A model generated the notes under the pieces. That model had not been told where the DNA came from and did not search any database. It worked only from the letters and a program-made list of their open reading frames with translations. From Candidatus Pacearchaeota archaeon (GTDB taxonomy: Archaea > Nanobdellota > Nanobdellia > Pacearchaeales > GW2011-AR1), in the NCBI GenBank assembly GCA_040879785.1, contig JBBDJR010000004.1, positions 14,778 to 78,777 of the forward strand: a stretch of 64,000 bases of DNA, written 5' to 3'. Below are positions 36,263 to 45,910 of the stretch, piece after piece. The translations under genes were made by a program, and so were the position numbers. Numbering within the stretch: the stretch's first letter is position 1; the number at the start of each line of letters is the position of its first letter.

Positions 36263-36523
36263 TTATTCTTTATCAGAAGGCTTTATCCTAGATACAATCA
36301 TAATGACAATCACTGTAAGGACCGTCACAGCTATTGCGGAAACCAAAGAGTTTTGCAGTGAGCTATCTCCAAGAACACTATTAAAGAACTCTCTGATTAC
36401 ATCCATCCAGGCAAGTCCTGTAACGAATCCCACTGCACCGATTATTGCGACGCTCGACGCTTTCCTAAACTCTCTGTTAATCTTTCTCGTCCTATGTCTA
36501 ATATTTCTTTTTTTCTTCGCCAT
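36263..36523 (-). CDS. Small membrane protein
   Basis: 86 aa. Basic N-terminus and two hydrophobic helices. Confidence 0.4.
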   Translation of the reverse strand: MAKKKRNIRHRTRKINREFRKASSVAIIGAVGFVTGLAWMDVIREFFNSVLGDSSLQNSLVSAIAVTVLTVIVIMIVSRIKPSDKE

Positions 36524-36539
36524 TTTTATTTAGGTTTAA

Positions 36540-38003
36540 TTAGTAAACTATTTTAGGACCATAACCCCAATGCTCAACTGCTTTTGCAAGAGGGGTTTCT
36601 GGATTTTCCTTTACAAATTTTCTTAATGAAATTCCTTCCTCATAAATTGTTCTGGCTTCTTCAATCGCGATGACTCCTGCTTCAACTCCGTTTGGATGTC
36701 CCAACAAACCTCCTCCACACTGGATTAAGATGTCGCTTCCCAACTCTTTTAATACGGCTTCAAAATCTCCGGGATGTAATCCTCCCGAGGCTGTCATCCA
36801 GACAGGTTTTATGTGATACCAGTTTTGACCTAAGCTCGGAATTTCTTTATGCGGTTTAAGATTTTTTTCCTGAAGAACTTGCTGAATATACTTTGCCTCA
36901 TTATAATCCTCCATCTTCGCAAGCGGCGAGCCTCCGTGAAGCGAATCAACACCGAGAAGTCTGAAAAGTTTAGCTATAAATATCATTGAGATTGAGAAAC
37001 CATAGAGTTTTCCTGTTCCGTGTATTCCTGGAGAATTATCTCTTGTTATAAACCCGTGCATTGCTCTATGGGCATGAATTGCCAATCCCAGGTTCTTTCT
37101 CCTTACTGTGTCAACTCCTGTAAACCCTGTCGTAATCACATCCATCATCATAAAAATCCCTCCGTTCTTTTTTATAAAATCAGCCCGGGAGAGCATCTCA
37201 TCAATATTTGAATGCGTTGTATTGCTCAAATAAAATTTCTTATGCCCTGTTTTCTTTTCTGCTTTCTTCAGCTCTTTAAGGACAAGTTTAGTTCTTTTTC
37301 TGAAATTGTTAAACGAGAGGTTTGTAAGATTTTCGTCGTCTTTTATTCCTTCATAGGTCCCTTTTCCCGAGTTAAACAAGACTTCTGCAAGGCTTGCCTG
37401 TTCTTTGTCCGTCCTTCCGATTTTTGGTTTTGGAACAGTTGCAACTAAACATCCTTTTGGTTTTTTGAGAAGTTTCCTCACTCCCTGAACACCAAACCTC
37501 GGTCCGGGAAAAGCCTTAATCATTTTTTTAGGAAATCTAACATCGTACATTCTCATGGCAGAAACCATCTTCATTCCTGCAATATTCCCAACAATCCCTG
37601 CAAGAAGTCCTGAGACATTGTCCATTTCAAACAACTCTAAAGGGTACGCAATTTTGAACATGTGTTTTTTATAATCAAGGTCGTAAGCGCGAGCCCTTAT
37701 CTTTCCTGCAAGAGGAATCCCCGAATCTTTTCCGTCGTAAACGTTAGTCCATGTTCCGGTAGAACTTTCTGCAGCCACGGTCGCAGCAGCATCTTCAAAT
37801 AACCTATCAATCTTTTTCTGCCCTTTCTTAAGATGAGCATATTTAGCCTCTTTCACAGCTTTCTTGTCCATCTCAACTTTCAAAAGAGTAATTATATAAT
37901 TCTCATCAGGATTCTTAGGTTTCCATCCCTTCGGCGCCAGATAATCTAATTGTACAGCCATGCGATTCCGCTCACTCCGTTCGTTGCATACGCTTCGCCC
38001 CAA
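36540..38003 (-). CDS. rbcL: Ribulose-1,5-bisphosphate carboxylase large subunit, form III (true start probably at MAVQLDY, ~37964)
   Basis: Catalytic residues are retained: VPKPKIG (KPK), GIKDDENL (carbamylated K plus DE), HAHRAMHG, ASGGLHPG, QCGGGLLGHP. Confidence 0.8.
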   Translation of the reverse strand: MGRSVCNERSERNRMAVQLDYLAPKGWKPKNPDENYIITLLKVEMDKKAVKEAKYAHLKKGQKKIDRLFEDAAATVAAESSTGTWTNVYDGKDSGIPLAGKIRARAYDLDYKKHMFKIAYPLELFEMDNVSGLLAGIVGNIAGMKMVSAMRMYDVRFPKKMIKAFPGPRFGVQGVRKLLKKPKGCLVATVPKPKIGRTDKEQASLAEVLFNSGKGTYEGIKDDENLTNLSFNNFRKRTKLVLKELKKAEKKTGHKKFYLSNTTHSNIDEMLSRADFIKKNGGIFMMMDVITTGFTGVDTVRRKNLGLAIHAHRAMHGFITRDNSPGIHGTGKLYGFSISMIFIAKLFRLLGVDSLHGGSPLAKMEDYNEAKYIQQVLQEKNLKPHKEIPSLGQNWYHIKPVWMTASGGLHPGDFEAVLKELGSDILIQCGGGLLGHPNGVEAGVIAIEEARTIYEEGISLRKFVKENPETPLAKAVEHWGYGPKIVY

Positions 38004-38030
38004 ACGTAATTAAATTTATTTCTTTTCATT

Positions 38031-39389
38031 TTACCTCTTTTTTATTCTAAAACCTTTTTCAGTATCTTCCAAAACAAAACCCTGCTTATAAATCTTATCT
38101 CTGATTTTGTCAGCTTCCTTAAATTTTTTATCTTTCCTCATCTTTTCTCTTTCCTCGGAAAGTTTTCTGATTTCTTCAGGAACTTCAACCCTCTTTTCTT
38201 TACCTAAATCCAATCCGAATATTTCGTCAAATTTTATTACAAGTTCGTACTTCTCAGAATCGTTAAGTTTGTCATCTCTTAAAATGTCCCACATATATGA
38301 GAGGGCGCGGGGTGTGTTAAAATCGTCATTGATGATATCCTGAAATTCTTTATAAGCTGACTCAATAGTTTTCTTTTTCTTGTCATCTTCTTTTTTTAGT
38401 TCTGACATAATGTTTTTGAGTCTGTTGTAAGCGTTTTTTGCTGCGTCAAGATTTCTTAGAGTGAAGTTCAACGGTTTTCGGTAATGTGCTGAAAGAAAAA
38501 AGTATCTTAAATGGTGCGGCCTGTAGCCCATTTCAAAAATTTCTCTTATTGTATAAAAGTTTTTCTTTGACTTCCCCATTTTTTCACTGTTTATTTCAAG
38601 AAATCCTGTGTGCATCCAATACCTTACTAACGGCTTCTTCCCAGATATAGATTCCATCTGGGCTATCTCTGCCTCATGGTGAGGGAATATTAAATCCATT
38701 CCTCCTCCATGGATATCATATTGCGGGCCGAATTCCTTTTCTGTTATAGCAGTATCTTCAATGTGCCACCCTGGTCTGCCGTCACCTAAATATTTTGATT
38801 CCCAAACAGGCTCTCCTTTCTTTGAAAATTTCCATAAACAAAAATCCCCTTTATTCTTTTTTTCCTTATTTTCATCTATTCTTGAGACGGCGTCTTCTGT
38901 CTGAGACTCTTTTCTTCTTGCTAGTTTTCCATAATCTTTGTCTTTGCTAAGGTCAAAGTACCATCCGTCGGAAGTCCTGTATGTATAGCCTTTTTCTATC
39001 AATCGTTTAACTTGGGAAATTATCCCCGAAACATAATCTGTTGCGCGAGCATATTTATCCACGGAAATTACATTAAGCTTTTTCATATCTTCAAGAAAAG
39101 ACTTTTCATATCTTCTTGCAAGATTCTTCCAATCAACGTTTTGATCTGTCGCCCTTCTGATTATTTTGTCATCTATATCAGTTATGTTTTGTAGGTAGAA
39201 AACTTCACTGTAGATTGTTTTCAAATAACGGATAATAAAATCAAATTGGACATAAGTTTTTGCATGTCCCAAATGAGAAAGGTCATAAACAGTCGGCCCA
39301 CAAACAAAGATATTTACTTTCTTATCTCTTAAAGGCTTGAAGATTTCTTTCTTTCTTGATAATGTGTTGTAGAGTTTAATCTTAGACAT
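38031..39389 (-). CDS. cysS: Cysteinyl-tRNA synthetase
   Basis: VCGPTVYDLSHLGHAKTYVQFDFI (HIGH-type motif), KMGKSKKN (KMSKS). Confidence 0.85.
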   Translation of the reverse strand: MSKIKLYNTLSRKKEIFKPLRDKKVNIFVCGPTVYDLSHLGHAKTYVQFDFIIRYLKTIYSEVFYLQNITDIDDKIIRRATDQNVDWKNLARRYEKSFLEDMKKLNVISVDKYARATDYVSGIISQVKRLIEKGYTYRTSDGWYFDLSKDKDYGKLARRKESQTEDAVSRIDENKEKKNKGDFCLWKFSKKGEPVWESKYLGDGRPGWHIEDTAITEKEFGPQYDIHGGGMDLIFPHHEAEIAQMESISGKKPLVRYWMHTGFLEINSEKMGKSKKNFYTIREIFEMGYRPHHLRYFFLSAHYRKPLNFTLRNLDAAKNAYNRLKNIMSELKKEDDKKKKTIESAYKEFQDIINDDFNTPRALSYMWDILRDDKLNDSEKYELVIKFDEIFGLDLGKEKRVEVPEEIRKLSEEREKMRKDKKFKEADKIRDKIYKQGFVLEDTEKGFRIKKR

Positions 39390-39423
39390 AAACTGATTAA
39401 GAAAAAGATGTTTAAAAAATAAT

Positions 39424-39990
39424 CTATCTTACTGTCACAACTAAATCAGCACTTGCATATCCTGGAACGTCATTTTTTAAAACTTCAACAACATACTGGA
39501 TATCACAGAGTGGAGCTGACTCTGGAATATTGAATGAAACAATACGATAGGGATCTACTATTCCCCCCTCTAGGAGTGTGACTGGACTGCCCTTATTAGA
39601 TCCCCCAAAAACGTAGCTCGTTGCTTCTTCTTTAGAAAGCCTCTCAGGACAGGAGGTGTCGGTTGCTTTAGTTTCGTAGGTAAATTCTGCCCTCTGACCG
39701 TCATTCCTTATGGACAAAGCAAATCCACTTCCTCTGCTACCCTGGTCTAACTCAATTCTTCTTGAATTAGGTTGTATAGCAATTTTAGCATTTTCTTCGC
39801 TGAAAAACTGCTGTATCTGATTTTGGATTTCGCCATCAATAGAATCAACTGCTTCAGTTCCGACCCCAAATATCTGCTGTATAAAGAAAATCCCAAGAAC
39901 AAGGACAACCATCGAAAGCACAATTGTAACTATGGTTCCTGTGCTCATTTCCATAGCTGCTTTTTTTGAGTTTAAGAAATTATTTTTCAT
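39424..39990 (-). CDS. Membrane-anchored secreted protein, possibly pilin-like (KKA|AMEMSTGTIV...)
   Basis: The N-terminus resembles archaeal prepilin leaders (KKGQIAMELG type). A single TM helix, then the ectodomain. Confidence 0.4.
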   Translation of the reverse strand: MKNNFLNSKKAAMEMSTGTIVTIVLSMVVLVLGIFFIQQIFGVGTEAVDSIDGEIQNQIQQFFSEENAKIAIQPNSRRIELDQGSRGSGFALSIRNDGQRAEFTYETKATDTSCPERLSKEEATSYVFGGSNKGSPVTLLEGGIVDPYRIVSFNIPESAPLCDIQYVVEVLKNDVPGYASADLVVTVR

Positions 39991-39991
39991 C

Positions 39992-40240
39992 TTATTGCAC
40001 TGGTAGAAGGCCTGTTTCCCCTAGATATATTGATATCCAAATTAGATATATCATTAAGATTAAACTTAGAACAATTCCTGCGATGTTCATATTCTTCGCT
40101 TTTTTCACTTTATTTTTATTGCTTTGAACGAGACCGATAATTCCTAAAACAAGTCCTGACAACGGACTAAAAAATGCGAAGCCAACACTTAATATACCAA
40201 TAATATAACTAACGGACGCAAAGTCAATTTTTGTAACCAT
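39992..40240 (-). CDS. Small membrane protein (DUF4190-like)
   Basis: GLVLGIIGLVQSNKNK plus two TM helices. Confidence 0.45.
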   Translation of the reverse strand: MVTKIDFASVSYIIGILSVGFAFFSPLSGLVLGIIGLVQSNKNKVKKAKNMNIAGIVLSLILMIYLIWISIYLGETGLLPVQ

Positions 40241-40315
40241 TTATATTCCCCTTTTATAATCTGATTAGCAATCTTTGTTTTATAAATGTTTTTGATTTAT
40301 TTTAAAATCAGAAGA

Positions 40316-40387
40316 TGGGCAGAGAGGGAATCGAACCCTCGACGCCATGAGCTTCAGTCATGTGCTCTCCCACTGAGCTACCTGCCC
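40316..40387 (-). tRNA. tRNA-Phe (GAA)
   Basis: The reverse complement GGGCAGGTAGCTCAGTGGGAGAGCACATGACTGAAGCTCATGGCGTCGAGGGTTCGATTCCCTCTCTGCCCA folds as a cloverleaf. Anticodon loop CTGAAGC. CCA is not encoded. Confidence 0.8.
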
Positions 40388-40426
40388 TTCCAAACAAAGA
40401 AAGATAAATCACTTTTAAATCTTTTA

Positions 40427-40894
40427 CTATTCCAATCCGACAGAGTCGCCTTCTTTAAAATTATAGAAATCAGACAAGCCAGAACTTATCTCCAGAGCAT
40501 ATTTTATTTTTTCTTCAGGATAAACAACGGGACAATTTCCTGCATTACATGGCTGTAAATTTTCTTCAATTCCAATTATCTCAAAATCAGAATCAATCCA
40601 CATTATGTCAATAGGAAAATCCATATCTTTCATCCAGAATCCTGACCTGGTCTCTTCTTCAAAAATGAAAAACATTCCTTCGTCTTCTCCAAGAGATTCA
40701 TGTTCACTCAAACCGATTCTCCTTTCTTCAGGAGTTTCTGCAATTTCAACACTGAAACATTTTTTATCCTCAACACAAACCATTGAAAATCCAGAATTAT
40801 TTCCTGAATCATTGACTACTAAAAAAATAACTATTGCCAGAATTAATATAAACGCAAAGATAGAGTATCTAACATAATTTTTTCTCATTATCAT
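40427..40894 (-). CDS. DUF192-family secreted protein
   Basis: EERRIGLSEHESLGEDEGMFFIF...FWMKDMDFPIDIMWIDSDFEIIGI...PC..GNC matches COG1430/DUF192. Confidence 0.6.
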   Translation of the reverse strand: MIMRKNYVRYSIFAFILILAIVIFLVVNDSGNNSGFSMVCVEDKKCFSVEIAETPEERRIGLSEHESLGEDEGMFFIFEEETRSGFWMKDMDFPIDIMWIDSDFEIIGIEENLQPCNAGNCPVVYPEEKIKYALEISSGLSDFYNFKEGDSVGLE

Positions 40895-40922
40895 AAAAGT
40901 AAATCATCCTTAAAAAAAGTTT

Positions 40923-41268
40923 GTAAGTCGGGAATAGGCCAGCTTCTGTCGTTCGTCGTTTCCCTGCCTTTTACGGCCGGCTTTTTCAGCCAGGACGAAC
41001 CGAACGCGTTAACATTCCACTAAGCACCCATTTGGGCTTGCACCGGTTGAGGCGGCCGTTTCATCAAATCTCTCACTTCGCAGTTCCCTTCAAGTTCATA
41101 ACTCAGTGAAAGCTGTGTCGTTTCTGTTCCGGAGCTTTCCTTCACAGGAATCCTTCTTTCAAAGGACAACCTTAATTTGGTGGCCGGACCTTCCTCAGGA
41201 CTTAGAATTCATTCAATAAATTCTCGCTCATTTAAGAGCAAAGTCCCGGAGTTAACTACCCGACTTAC
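40923..41268 (-). ncRNA. rnpB: RNase P RNA (archaeal type A)
   Basis: GC-rich island in an AT-rich genome. On the minus strand: P1 GTAAGTCGGG...CCCGACTTAC, P4 5' strand GAGGAAGGTCCGGCC, GGAACAGAAACG, and 3' ACGACAGAAGCTGGCCTAT (compare E. coli ACGACAGAACCCGGCUUAU). Confidence 0.7.
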
Positions 41269-41380
41269 AAAAAATAATCGCTTTTTGACTTTAAAAGTCT
41301 TATTATTCTCTGAAAAGCCCCGAAGATAGATTTTTATACTCTAAAAGATATTAATTCATAATAAAATAAGGAGGTGTAAA

Positions 41381-41566
41381 ATGTCTTGGCAGGTTAAAAC
41401 AGCTTTAGTCTTAGCAAATATCGGTGCTATCAACTGGGGTCTTCAGGAACTCGGATGGAATGCAGTAGATTCTTTGCTTAGCTTTGTGAACTGGTTACCA
41501 ATGGTAGTCTACTATATTGTAGCTCTTTGTGGTCTCTACGGTTTATACAGATTATTCTCTGAATAA
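41381..41566 (+). CDS. DUF378-family small membrane protein
   Basis: ALVLANIGAINWGLQELGWNAV. Preceded by a strong SD (AAGGAGGTGTAAAATG). Confidence 0.6.
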   Translation: MSWQVKTALVLANIGAINWGLQELGWNAVDSLLSFVNWLPMVVYYIVALCGLYGLYRLFSE

Positions 41567-41714
41567 TTACACACTTATTTTATTTTTCGTAATTTTTGTT
41601 TATTATCCCTAGCTGTTGCTTTATACATCTACAGACTATAAAATTTGCACCACTAAATCCTCTTAAAATACAAGAAATAAACTAAATAAAAAATAAATTT
41701 AGATTCTAATCAAA

Positions 41715-42017
41715 TTAAAATCTTCTTTGTCCTCCGCCGGAATTTCTTCCACCATCTCTTCGTGGCGGCCTGTCTTCCATTGGTCTTGCTTCGTTAACTT
41801 TCAATGCTCTACCTTCAACTTCTTTCTCATTCATTTCTTTGATAGCTTTCTTAGCTCCTTCATCATCTGAAAAAGTCACGAAACCAAATCCCTTAGATCT
41901 GCCTGAAAACTTGTCTGAAATAACTGTTGCTTCTTCGATATCTCCATGTGAAGAGAATAGTTCTTTCAGCTTCTCAGAGTCAATACTAAAAGGCAAATTA
42001 CCTACATAAACTTTCAT
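41715..42017 (-). CDS. RRM-domain RNA-binding protein with RGG-like tail
   Basis: MKVYVGNLPFS (RNP2) and RSKGFGFVTF (RNP1). C-terminal RPPRRDGGRNSGGGQRRF. SD GGAGG upstream. Confidence 0.75.
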   Translation of the reverse strand: MKVYVGNLPFSIDSEKLKELFSSHGDIEEATVISDKFSGRSKGFGFVTFSDDEGAKKAIKEMNEKEVEGRALKVNEARPMEDRPPRRDGGRNSGGGQRRF

Positions 42018-42188
42018 TATCTTCTTTCCTCCTTACACTTATATTACTGTCAGAATTAGCCGAACAAATTTTATTAACCATTCTAAAAGCTAAATAGAGA
42101 AATGGGAGGGGTTTTTAAATATTTGGATTCACCTAATTTGGATAGTTTATAAAAAAGCTTAAATAATGTTTTTCCTTCTTCAGTTAAA

Positions 42189-42806
42189 ATGGTGATGGAA
42201 TTGTTAGCTTATCTTTTTGTGAGTATTGCAGCCGTCTTTGTTATTGTTAATCCTCTGACAACTGCATTTATTTTTTCTTCATTAGTCAAAAATGCGTCAG
42301 ATAAAGAGAAAAGAACTATTGCAAGAAAAGCAACCCTCACATCAACAATAATCCTAATAACATTTGCTCTTCTTGGAGGCGTTATTTTCATGCTTTTTGG
42401 GATAACTCTCGCTGCGTTTAAAATTGCTGGAGGAATCATCTTGTTTGGAATTGGTATGAGTATGCTTAAGGAAAGTGATGAAAAAATGAAACTCAAGGAC
42501 GGAAAAGTTTCAGAAGGAATTGCAGTAGTCCCTTTAGCAATCCCTTTTATTAGCGGCCCGGGCTCAATTGCACTGGTTATGATTTTAACGAGCGAGGCAC
42601 CCTCACCAATTCATGTGCTTGTAGTTTTTGCGGCCGTTTTAATCACGACTATTGCCTGCTATTATTCGATGGTTTATTCTAAATATATCATCAACTATCT
42701 TGGAGAAACCGGAAAACAGATAGTGTCTAAACTTTTCGGTCTTATACTTGCGGTTATCGCGGTCCAGTTCGTGATTAACGGAATTCTTGATAGCGGATTG
42801 ATTTAA
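42189..42806 (+). CDS. MarC-family (UPF0056) integral membrane protein
   Basis: VNPLTTAFIFSSL..., FGITLAAFKIAGGIILFGIGMSML. Six TM helices. Confidence 0.7.
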   Translation: MVMELLAYLFVSIAAVFVIVNPLTTAFIFSSLVKNASDKEKRTIARKATLTSTIILITFALLGGVIFMLFGITLAAFKIAGGIILFGIGMSMLKESDEKMKLKDGKVSEGIAVVPLAIPFISGPGSIALVMILTSEAPSPIHVLVVFAAVLITTIACYYSMVYSKYIINYLGETGKQIVSKLFGLILAVIAVQFVINGILDSGLI

Positions 42807-42810
42807 TAAA

Positions 42811-43818
42811 ATGCGAAAGAAAATAATATCTGCAGTGTCGCTTTTTGTCGGATTGGTTATTTTTGGTTTTATCTTATGGAAATTTGGATTAGATTCTTTT
42901 GAGGAGATTGTCAAAAATGCAAATCCTATTTATTTGTTGCCTTTTGTCGCGTTTGCACTGGTTTCTGTTTCTTTACAGGCGTTTAAGTTAAGACTAATCA
43001 CAAAAGCTCACGGATATAAAATGTCCTTTCTTAAATCATTGAGATATGTTCTTGTAGGTTCTGCCGTCGCTAACTCAACTCCCTCAGCAAAAGTTGGTGG
43101 AGAGCCCGTTAAAGCATATATGATGAAAAAAGAGGAAGGAATTCCGTTAAAAAGCGGAGGATCTTCGGTGATTATAGAAAAGTTTGTTGAGCTTGTTGGC
43201 GTGGGTCTTATGGCGATATTAACTTTCATCCTTGTTTTCTTTGTTCCTAAAATATCATTTAGTCTTAAGGTATCACTTCTAGTGGCGATATTTTTCTTCT
43301 TCGCAATTATCTTCTTAATCTATTCTAGTACAGTTAGAGGCAAAGGCCCGTTTTTTAGCTTGTTTAATTTGTTTGGATTTTACAAATTTAAGAAATTCAA
43401 ACGGTCAAAGAGATTCCTTAAGAATGTCGATAGAAACATGAAAATATTTTTTAAACTTCATAAACCGAGATTCTGGCTGGCCCTGATTATTTATTTTGGA
43501 TTTTTGGCATCCCAAATTATAGAGTATAAATTTATCCTTCTTTCCCTTGGCGTGGACGCGTCTTTTTTTGAACTTCTTTTAGCCTTGGTTGTTTTTTGGA
43601 TAGCCGGAATGATTCCTGTTCCGGGAGGAATCGGTTTCCAGGAGGCAGGACATTCGGGACTTTTCTCTTTGCTTAGAGGATCCGCAGGTCTGGGTCTGGT
43701 GTTCAGCTTGATAATAAGATTCCGATACCTAATAATCATAGGAATAGGGTTCACAATCCTATCCCATTTCGGTGGAAAAGAGATACTAAAGAAGTTTGAG
43801 AACAATAACAATTCTTAG
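42811..43818 (+). CDS. UPF0104 / lysylphosphatidylglycerol-synthase-TM-like (flippase-like) membrane protein
   Basis: Multi-TM protein. LVGSAVANSTPSAKVGGEPVKAYMM matches the COG0392 pattern. Confidence 0.55.
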   Translation: MRKKIISAVSLFVGLVIFGFILWKFGLDSFEEIVKNANPIYLLPFVAFALVSVSLQAFKLRLITKAHGYKMSFLKSLRYVLVGSAVANSTPSAKVGGEPVKAYMMKKEEGIPLKSGGSSVIIEKFVELVGVGLMAILTFILVFFVPKISFSLKVSLLVAIFFFFAIIFLIYSSTVRGKGPFFSLFNLFGFYKFKKFKRSKRFLKNVDRNMKIFFKLHKPRFWLALIIYFGFLASQIIEYKFILLSLGVDASFFELLLALVVFWIAGMIPVPGGIGFQEAGHSGLFSLLRGSAGLGLVFSLIIRFRYLIIIGIGFTILSHFGGKEILKKFENNNNS

Positions 43819-43825
43819 TCGGAAT

Positions 43826-44257
43826 TTACGATACTCTATCCTTAAATAAAATGTAATATATTTCCCACGATAAAAAAAGTCTTTTCAGGTCTTCACTTTC
43901 TTTTATCGTTTCCAAATTATTTGAATAGTACTTTACATTTCTTTTTAAAATCTCATTCGGAACTTCTTCTGGGCCGAGATATTTTCTAACTTCTTTTGGA
44001 TTAAAATCAGTCTTAAGAGTTTTTCTTTTGTTTAAAGAAATTTTCTTCACAAACATTGTATCTCTATAAAAAGTTAAAGGAGAATCAGGGCCTCTGCCTA
44101 TAGCTTCTCTGGAGCGTTTGTTGATTATATCCTGAGTGTATTTGTCTGCCTTGATTTTAAGCATTTCAAGTGCAACCTCTTCCGGCAACGAACGCTCAAA
44201 ATTAGGGTCTGTTTTTGGAAGTTCAATAAGTTTTCTCAATAATCTGTCGGTCAACAT
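43826..44257 (-). CDS. Hypothetical protein
   Basis: 143-aa ORF, no domain recognised. Confidence 0.35.
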   Translation of the reverse strand: MLTDRLLRKLIELPKTDPNFERSLPEEVALEMLKIKADKYTQDIINKRSREAIGRGPDSPLTFYRDTMFVKKISLNKRKTLKTDFNPKEVRKYLGPEEVPNEILKRNVKYYSNNLETIKESEDLKRLFLSWEIYYILFKDRVS

Positions 44258-44280
44258 AATCTTAATTATTTTAAGAGTTT

Positions 44281-45795
44281 TTAAGAATTGCTGGCTTTGA
44301 TTTCTCCTAGATAATTTCTAATTTCTTTTAGGAACAAGCCCCCAAAATCTTCCAACTTCTGTTGTCCGACTCCTTTTATTTCGAGGAATTCCTCGCTGTT
44401 TTTAGGGAGGCAGAAGGCCATTTCCTGCAGGGAGACATCACTAAAAATAATGTAAGGCGGGACTTTTCTTTCGTCTGCGATTTTTCTTCTGAGTATTTTC
44501 AATTTTATGAAAAGTTTTTTGTCGTAGTCCAGCCCGCTTTCATTTTCCCAGGAGGTTAAATCTTTGTTGCCTTTTCCTGAAGAAACCGCTTCTTTTCCAA
44601 AGTCTTCATGAGTGCCGAGACAGACGTCGCATTTGTTGCACTTTTCCTCTTTGTATTCTTCTCCAAAATGCCTTAAGATGTGTCTTCTTCTGCATAAACG
44701 AGTCTCACAATACCTTATCACCTTGTTTAGCTTTTCCTTTTCTTTTGCTTTTGAATCCTCATCTTCAAGCTGGTCTATGAAGAACTCGTGTTTCCTTTTG
44801 TCTCCGTATGAATAAAACATGATGCAGTCGCTCGGCAATCCGTCTCTTCCCGCTCTTCCTATTTCCTGATAGTATCCTTCAAGTGTTTTTGGGAATGTGT
44901 GGTGAATTATTAAACGGACGTCGGGTTTGTCGATTCCCATACCGAACGCGATTGTCGCCACAATTATTTCTACCTTGTCTTTAATAAACAACTCCTGATT
45001 GTGTTTTCTTATTTTATTGTCAAGTCCCGCGTGATACGGCAAAGAGTTAAGCCCGTTTTCATTAAGTTTTCTCGAGAGATTTTCAACCTCTTTACGTGAA
45101 TGACAATAAATTATTACAGAATCGTTTTCTCTTCCTTTAAGAAGCTCCATGATTTTATCAAAACTTTTTTTCTTTTTTGTGACTGAAAGATTTAGGTTTT
45201 TTCTGTCGAAACTCGAGATAAACATTTCCGGTTCTTTGAGTGAGAGTTCTTTTATTATGTCTCCTCTTACTTTCTCCGTCGCTGTTGCAGTAAGTGAAAT
45301 CATTGGAGTTTCAGGAAAAAATTCTCTGAGTGATTTTAGCTTTCTGTAGCTTGGTCTGAAGTCGTGCCCCCACTCCGAAATGCAATGCGCCTCGTCGACA
45401 GCAATAAGGCTAACTTCCGCTATTCGTATGAGTCTCATAAAACTTTCGGATTCTATTCTTTCAGGAGCTATGTAAAGCAACTTTATTTCCCCGTTCATTA
45501 TCCCGAGTTCAATCCTAAGAGCTTCTCTGGAATCAAGAGTAGAGTTAATATATTCTGCAGGAATTCCGTTTGCCTTTAGCCCATCAACTTGGTCTTTCAT
45601 TAAAGAAATTAGGGGAGAAACAACTATTGTCAGCCCGTCGAGTTTCAATGCAGGAATCTGATAGCAAAGTGATTTCCCGCCGCCCGTCGGCATAATCGCA
45701 ACGACATCCTTCCCTCCAAGAACTTTTTCAATAACCTGTCGCTGCATCGGCCGGAACTCATCATATCCAAAATACCTCTTTAATATCTCTTCCAT
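44281..45795 (-). CDS. recQ: ATP-dependent DNA helicase RecQ
   Basis: YFGYDEFRPMQRQVIEKVLGGKDVVAIMPTGGGKSLCYQIPAL, DEAH box (VDEAHCISEWGHDFRP), RQC Zn-finger Cys cluster, HRDC-like C-terminus. Confidence 0.85.
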   Translation of the reverse strand: MEEILKRYFGYDEFRPMQRQVIEKVLGGKDVVAIMPTGGGKSLCYQIPALKLDGLTIVVSPLISLMKDQVDGLKANGIPAEYINSTLDSREALRIELGIMNGEIKLLYIAPERIESESFMRLIRIAEVSLIAVDEAHCISEWGHDFRPSYRKLKSLREFFPETPMISLTATATEKVRGDIIKELSLKEPEMFISSFDRKNLNLSVTKKKKSFDKIMELLKGRENDSVIIYCHSRKEVENLSRKLNENGLNSLPYHAGLDNKIRKHNQELFIKDKVEIIVATIAFGMGIDKPDVRLIIHHTFPKTLEGYYQEIGRAGRDGLPSDCIMFYSYGDKRKHEFFIDQLEDEDSKAKEKEKLNKVIRYCETRLCRRRHILRHFGEEYKEEKCNKCDVCLGTHEDFGKEAVSSGKGNKDLTSWENESGLDYDKKLFIKLKILRRKIADERKVPPYIIFSDVSLQEMAFCLPKNSEEFLEIKGVGQQKLEDFGGLFLKEIRNYLGEIKASNS

Positions 45796-45910
45796 GAAAA
45801 AGAAAAATTTAAAGGAGTTTTTAAGGTTTTTAGTTTGTTTGTGATGGAAAAGGTTAAAAGTTAGTGTTTTCTAAGAGCGTTATGAGAGATAATGTGATGG
45901 AGGTTAGAGG

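Noticed and set aside
36540-38003. RuBisCO-like protein (RLP, non-carboxylating) instead of genuine RuBisCO
   Set aside because: All key active-site residues appear present (KPK, K-D-D-E, HAHR, SGG, GGG motifs), which favours a bona fide form III enzyme.
40286-40558. 90-aa plus-strand ORF
   Set aside because: It overlaps tRNA-Phe on the opposite strand and the 3' end of the DUF192 gene, with no supporting features.
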